DNA from: Minisyncoccota bacterium
GTDB taxonomy: Bacteria; Patescibacteriota; Minisyncoccia; Phycocordibacterales; GCA-2747955
DNA: 39,210 nt
Reading direction: 5' to 3'
NCBI GenBank assembly: GCA_020629435.1
Contig: JAHDDI010000001.1
Span: forward strand, 1 to 39,210
Shown: positions 35,912 to 39,210 of the stretch, one piece after another
Numbering within the stretch: the stretch's first letter is position 1
How the letters are laid out: the number at the start of each line of letters is the position of its first letter
The notes under the pieces: generated by a model
Told to the model about the DNA's origin: nothing
What the model saw: the letters and a program-made list of their open reading frames with translations, nothing else
Database searches by the model: none
Position numbers and translations under genes: made by a program

Positions 35912-36222
35912 TATTTATTATTAATAATATAAGCTGTGGTTATCTGGATAAGTAGTTTTTTTATTAACCTATATAGCTTTTTTTGTTTATAACTTCTTGA
36001 ATAAAAAACATTTATAACAATAAGTTGTTGACACGTTTTTTTTGAAAAATGGTCTAATATACTACACCACCAGTTACAGTCATGTTGTTATAATTAATTA
36101 ACACGGCCACACACAGACAACTCACGGCTTGTCCCCAGATATACGCAACCATAAAAATTTAAAAGGTCAAAAACTTTACGAAGAAAATAATAACAAGTCT
36201 TAAAATTAGATTCTTCGACCCG

Positions 36223-36281
36223 CTTCGGAAGCGATTGTATTAATTATATTTAAAATATAATTAATACAATCGCTTCCGAAG
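36223..36281. repeat. Perfect inverted repeat: 29-bp arms separated by 1 nt
   Basis: CTTCGGAAGCGATTGTATTAATTATATTT-A-AAATATAATTAATACAATCGCTTCCGAAG, verified base by base. Confidence 0.95.
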
Positions 36282-36339
36282 TCTTAAAAACAAAGGATTC
36301 ATAAAAAGTTTTTAAACACTATTTAAAAATCCTTGTTTT

Positions 36340-37683
36340 TTAGAACATGCTACGAATAGCGTCTAAATCAGTAGTAAGTTGAGGATTATCATCTAATTCA
36401 CCACGAACCTTATCACAAGAGTGCATTACTGTTGTGTGGTCACGTCCACCTAATTTTTCACCAATTGTTGGAAATGATATTTTGAAATCTTCTCGTAGAA
36501 TATACATAATTAACTGTCTTGGTTTTACAAACTCTTTCTTCCTAATCTTTTTGTATACATTCTCTTCATCGATACCATAGTAGTCAGACACAATCTGAAC
36601 CACTTCTTCTACCTTCATTACCTTTTTCTTTTTAACATTGTTCTTCACCAAATCTTTTACTTCATTGAGAGTTAGTTCTCTTCCTCGAACATCTGATTTT
36701 AAGATCACTGAGTTCAGTACACCCTCTAATTCACGAATGTTTCCATTAATTGTTGTAGCCAAATATTCAATTACTTTTTCTGTTAGGGCAAATTGTGATG
36801 AATTTGATTTTTGTCGCAAAATTTCAATCCGTGATTCATAATCAGGTGCTTGAATATCAATAGTCATCCCTGCGTTAAATCGCCCACGTAGTCGGTCTTC
36901 AATATCAGAAATCTGGTTGGGGTGTTTATCAGAAGAAAAGATAATTTGTTTGTTGTTGTCATACATATAGTTAAACAAGTGAAACAATTCCTCTTGGGTT
37001 TTTTCTTTTTTTGCTAAAAATTGAATATCATCAATGATTAAAACATCATATTTTCGATATTTCATTTTAAAATCGTTAGCACGGTTTGATTTACCAATTT
37101 GCTCTACAACCTCCATTTGGAATTTATCAGTCGTTAGGTAGTACACTTTTTTGTGTGGTTGGTTTTTTTTGATGTGGTTACCAATAGATTGAATAAGGTG
37201 TGTTTTTCCAAATCCAGTGTTCCCATAGACAAAGAATGGGTTATAGACCACTTCTTGTTTTTTAATGATTGCCTGCGCTGCTGAATAGGCCACTTCATTA
37301 AAGTCTCCCACAACAAAAGTATCAAAAGTATATTTAGGGTTCAAATTATCATCCTTGTTGATATATAGTGACTCAATAGGAAGACGGTTGTTCATTGATG
37401 GAGACGATCGTTTAACAGGTTCTTTTCTGTCTTCTTTCTTTTCAATAATATATTCTAGTGACCGCAATGTGTCATCAGAATCAATTAAGTGTTTTAAAAT
37501 AGTTTTGTGAAACTTCTCAGAGAGCCAGTTTTTTACAAATTGGTTGGGGGTTGCCAATACAACAGTTCCATCATCAATTTTTGAAATATACGTATCCTTG
37601 AACCACGTATTAAAGTTTGCCTTTGAAATATCGAGTTCAATATTTGAAGATGCTTTTTCCCACACAGTTTGGTAATCACTCAT
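36340..37683 (-). CDS. dnaA: Chromosomal replication initiator protein DnaA (447 aa)
   Basis: AAA+ Walker A GNTGFGKTHL, Walker B LIIDDIQF, and the domain IV signature GGRDHTTVMHSCDKV. Confidence 0.95.
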   Translation of the reverse strand: MSDYQTVWEKASSNIELDISKANFNTWFKDTYISKIDDGTVVLATPNQFVKNWLSEKFHKTILKHLIDSDDTLRSLEYIIEKKEDRKEPVKRSSPSMNNRLPIESLYINKDDNLNPKYTFDTFVVGDFNEVAYSAAQAIIKKQEVVYNPFFVYGNTGFGKTHLIQSIGNHIKKNQPHKKVYYLTTDKFQMEVVEQIGKSNRANDFKMKYRKYDVLIIDDIQFLAKKEKTQEELFHLFNYMYDNNKQIIFSSDKHPNQISDIEDRLRGRFNAGMTIDIQAPDYESRIEILRQKSNSSQFALTEKVIEYLATTINGNIRELEGVLNSVILKSDVRGRELTLNEVKDLVKNNVKKKKVMKVEEVVQIVSDYYGIDEENVYKKIRKKEFVKPRQLIMYILREDFKISFPTIGEKLGGRDHTTVMHSCDKVRGELDDNPQLTTDLDAIRSMF

Positions 37684-37689
37684 AAGACC

Positions 37690-37695
37690 ATTACA
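37690..37695 (-). promoter_or_regulatory. -10-like hexamer TGTAAT 6 nt upstream of the dnaA ATG
   Basis: Minus-strand read: TGTAAT-ggtctt-ATG (37683). Confidence 0.45.
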
Positions 37696-37876
37696 TAATT
37701 ATTATTTCATCGATCCACATGGGTAACGTAATACCACATATGTTTGTGTAGATACAAACACATATAATCATTCACGTCGCCTAAGTTAAGATACGCCTTT
37801 ATTAATGAGTACTATTGTGCGGTATATTTACTTATTATCCAAACAGTGTATATATGGGTATTAAATCTTAATATTA

Positions 37877-37885
37877 TGTGGATAA
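37877..37885. promoter_or_regulatory. Perfect DnaA box (TGTGGATAA = complement of TTATCCACA) in the dnaA-rpmH divergent region
   Basis: Exact 9/9 match. A 1-mismatch box TTATCCAAA lies at 37835..37843. Confidence 0.6.
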
Positions 37886-37951
37886 GTCTATGGTTGGTTT
37901 GTCAAACAATGGTTGCTTTTATGTTTGTTGTTCTGTATACTCGCAAGCATT

Positions 37952-38086
37952 ATGTCACAAACATACCAACCAAAAAATAAAAAACGAAAACGAACTCACG
38001 GATTCTTGGTTCGATTACGTTCTGCTGCGGGGAAACGAGTACTCAAAGCTCGGCGCCAAAAAGGAAGAAAAAAATTATCTGTTTAA
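37952..38086 (+). CDS. rpmH: 50S ribosomal protein L34 (44 aa)
   Basis: Hand translation: [44 protein letters not shown]. It occupies the canonical position upstream of rnpA and is below the ORF-track length cutoff. Confidence 0.93.
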   Translation: MSQTYQPKNKKRKRTHGFLVRLRSAAGKRVLKARRQKGRKKLSV

Positions 38087-38093
38087 TTGATAA

Positions 38094-38121
38094 CAAAAAA
38101 ACTCCTTTGGGAGTTTTTTTG
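38094..38121 (+). terminator. Intrinsic terminator/attenuator after rpmH
   Basis: AAAAAAACTCC-TTTG-GGAGTTTTTTTG. Confidence 0.7.
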
Positions 38122-38173
38122 TTATATGTACCATGGTTTTAAAGGTATTCTTTATCTTTGGTCCTATCTATCT

Positions 38174-38179
38174 TATACT
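38174..38179 (+). promoter_or_regulatory. -10 hexamer TATACT 7 nt upstream of ATG 38187
   Basis: TATACT-aactgat-ATG. Confidence 0.45.
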
Positions 38180-38186
38180 AACTGAT

Positions 38187-38519
38187 ATGTTGGCATCTCA
38201 ATACAAACTAAATTCAGTTGAATTTAGCACTACATTCAAAACAGGTAAAAAAATCCATACTGATAATCTTATGGTGAGCTATACACCAGAACATACAGAA
38301 TTTAAATGCGCGGTGGTTGTGAGCAAAAAACAGGCAAAAACCGCTATTGTGCGTAACTATAAAAGACGCCAGATTTTTAATGTGATTAAAGAATTACACA
38401 TAAATAATGAAAACCAGTTGGAAGGCGTCTGGATGATAGTTACTATCAAGAAAAAATCTTTATCCATAAACCATACACAGATTCAAGAAGAACTTAACAG
38501 TGTCGTGCATAAATTTTGA
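38187..38519 (+). CDS. rnpA: Ribonuclease P protein component (110 aa)
   Basis: Conserved RNR-like motif KTAIVRNYKRRQIFNVIKE. Position after rpmH. I chose the internal ATG over track start 38133 because of the -10 placement. Confidence 0.85.
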   Translation: MLASQYKLNSVEFSTTFKTGKKIHTDNLMVSYTPEHTEFKCAVVVSKKQAKTAIVRNYKRRQIFNVIKELHINNENQLEGVWMIVTIKKKSLSINHTQIQEELNSVVHKF

Positions 38520-38995
38520 TATACATTGTCATAAAAATAACTTTTATTCAAACAGGAGGGACAATTGACAAGGACTACCCCCAATATCTATCAGATCACG
38601 GTTACGCATTTAAAATACAAGAGCCCGCAGTATTAGACACACTCGAGAGAATCAAACCTATGTTTGAGATTGAGATGGTTCGCCATATGCAAAAAGATAG
38701 TCTGGATATTACTGAAGAAGACAAACAGGGTATTTTACAGGTTGTAGAAGAAAACAAGAATAACAAAATTATCATCACCCATGGAACAGACACAATTGGG
38801 CTGACAGCAGAAGTATTATCTGTGGTAAAAAATAAAACAATTGTGCTAACAGGAGCAATGATGCCAGAAAAATTCCGAGAGTACGACGCAGATTTTAATG
38901 TGGGTATGGCTGTTGGTGCGGTACAAAAATTACCCGCAGGTGTGTACGTGGCGCTGCATGGTGAATTAAAAACCGGGCAAGAATTTTTAGGTTAA
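38516..38995 (+). CDS. Asparaginase-family N-terminal-domain-only protein (159 aa)
   Basis: The two catalytic threonine motifs of L-asparaginase/GatD-type enzymes are present: FIQTGGTIDK and ITHGTDT. The TTG start overlaps the rnpA stop (TTGA). Confidence 0.7.
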   Translation: MIYIVIKITFIQTGGTIDKDYPQYLSDHGYAFKIQEPAVLDTLERIKPMFEIEMVRHMQKDSLDITEEDKQGILQVVEENKNNKIIITHGTDTIGLTAEVLSVVKNKTIVLTGAMMPEKFREYDADFNVGMAVGAVQKLPAGVYVALHGELKTGQEFLG

Positions 38996-39061
38996 TTGGA
39001 CCACACGCAGATGTTTTAGTTTCACCGTAAATGTGATATTATTCCGGCATCACATTAATAA

Positions 39062-39089
39062 CGGATGTGGTGTAAGGGCACTACACATG
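39062..39089 (+). pseudogene. tRNA-derived fragment resembling the 5' acceptor half and D arm of the adjacent tRNA-Pro
   Basis: CGGATGTGGTGTAAGGGCACTACACATG versus the tRNA-Pro 5' end CGGGATGTGGTGTAACGGCTAACATG. No anticodon or T arm can be folded. Confidence 0.4.
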
Positions 39090-39133
39090 GACAAATAAAA
39101 TTCTGTGTAACCTTGCAACGTATCTGTATTTAT

Positions 39134-39206
39134 CGGGATGTGGTGTAACGGCTAACATGCTCGCTTTGGGAGCGAGAGACTCCGAGTTCGAATCTCGGCA
39201 TCCCGA
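39134..39206 (+). tRNA. tRNA-Pro (anticodon UGG)
   Basis: Hand-folded. Acceptor CGGGATG/CATCCCG; D arm GTGT-AACGGCTA-ACAT; anticodon stem CTCGC/GCGAG with loop TTTGGGA; T arm CCGAG-TTCGAAT-CTCGG. No encoded CCA. Confidence 0.92.
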
Positions 39207-39210
39207 CAAA

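Larger units (their letters stand above)
35900..36339. other. dnaA-dnaN intergenic region: candidate oriC half with an AT-rich unwinding stretch and degenerate DnaA boxes
   Basis: The stretch 35900..36020 is almost pure A/T. TCTGGATAA (35943..35951) has 1 mismatch to TGTGGATAA, and the overlapping TGTGGTTAT has 2 mismatches. Confidence 0.4.

Noticed and set aside
36028-36063. Consensus TTGACA at 36028..36033 as a + strand promoter -35
   Set aside because: The nearest -10-like hexamers (TCTAAT, TAATAT, TATACT) are 19, 21 and 24 nt away, outside workable spacing.
39062-39133. A second complete tRNA gene upstream of tRNA-Pro
   Set aside because: Only an acceptor-5' and D-arm-like segment can be folded. 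No anticodon stem, T arm or matching 3' acceptor strand exists.

Overview
Low-GC, gene-dense bacterial chromosome segment read with the standard genetic code (TGA, TAA and TAG all act as stops). It spans the replication-origin neighbourhood: rpmH-rnpA on the + strand diverge from dnaA-dnaN on the - strand. Housekeeping genes present: polA, tsaE, a PilB-like ATPase, ruvB, a GNAT acetyltransferase, the yebC-murB-ruvC block, a class A PBP, tRNA-Lys, tRNA-Pro, a TrmH-family methyltransferase, mutM, glyQS, tig and a type-II NADH dehydrogenase. These are interspersed with many secreted or membrane hypothetical proteins. Several conserved proteins are domain-minimised: trigger factor lacks a PPIase domain, YebC is short, and the asparaginase-like protein is N-domain only. 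Together with the composition this suggests a reduced-genome lineage such as CPR/Patescibacteria, but that is inference only. Two real genes are missing from the supplied ORF track. One is a surface protein of at least 1153 aa on the - strand that runs off the left edge (1..3459). The other is the 44-aa rpmH (37952..38086). Main hunt results: (1) A bipartite motif TGTAAGAW-N14-CGTC occurs four times around an ECF sigma / anti-sigma pair. Each copy points into the sigma gene or a secreted-protein gene, which suggests an autoregulated ECF regulon that may include the giant surface protein. (2) A GC-rich 1.2-kb island holds two tandem, diverged small HNH-like genes, and the first has lost its aligned TTG start. 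(3) A -10 hexamer sits 6-7 nt upstream of the ATG, with no Shine-Dalgarno, at 13 genes (15 counting 5-8 nt spacings), implying widespread leaderless mRNAs; the GC-rich accessory ORFs carry SD-like leaders instead. (4) A perfect 29-bp-arm palindrome lies in the dnaA-dnaN spacer. No CRISPR array, rRNA, transposase or integrase was recognised.
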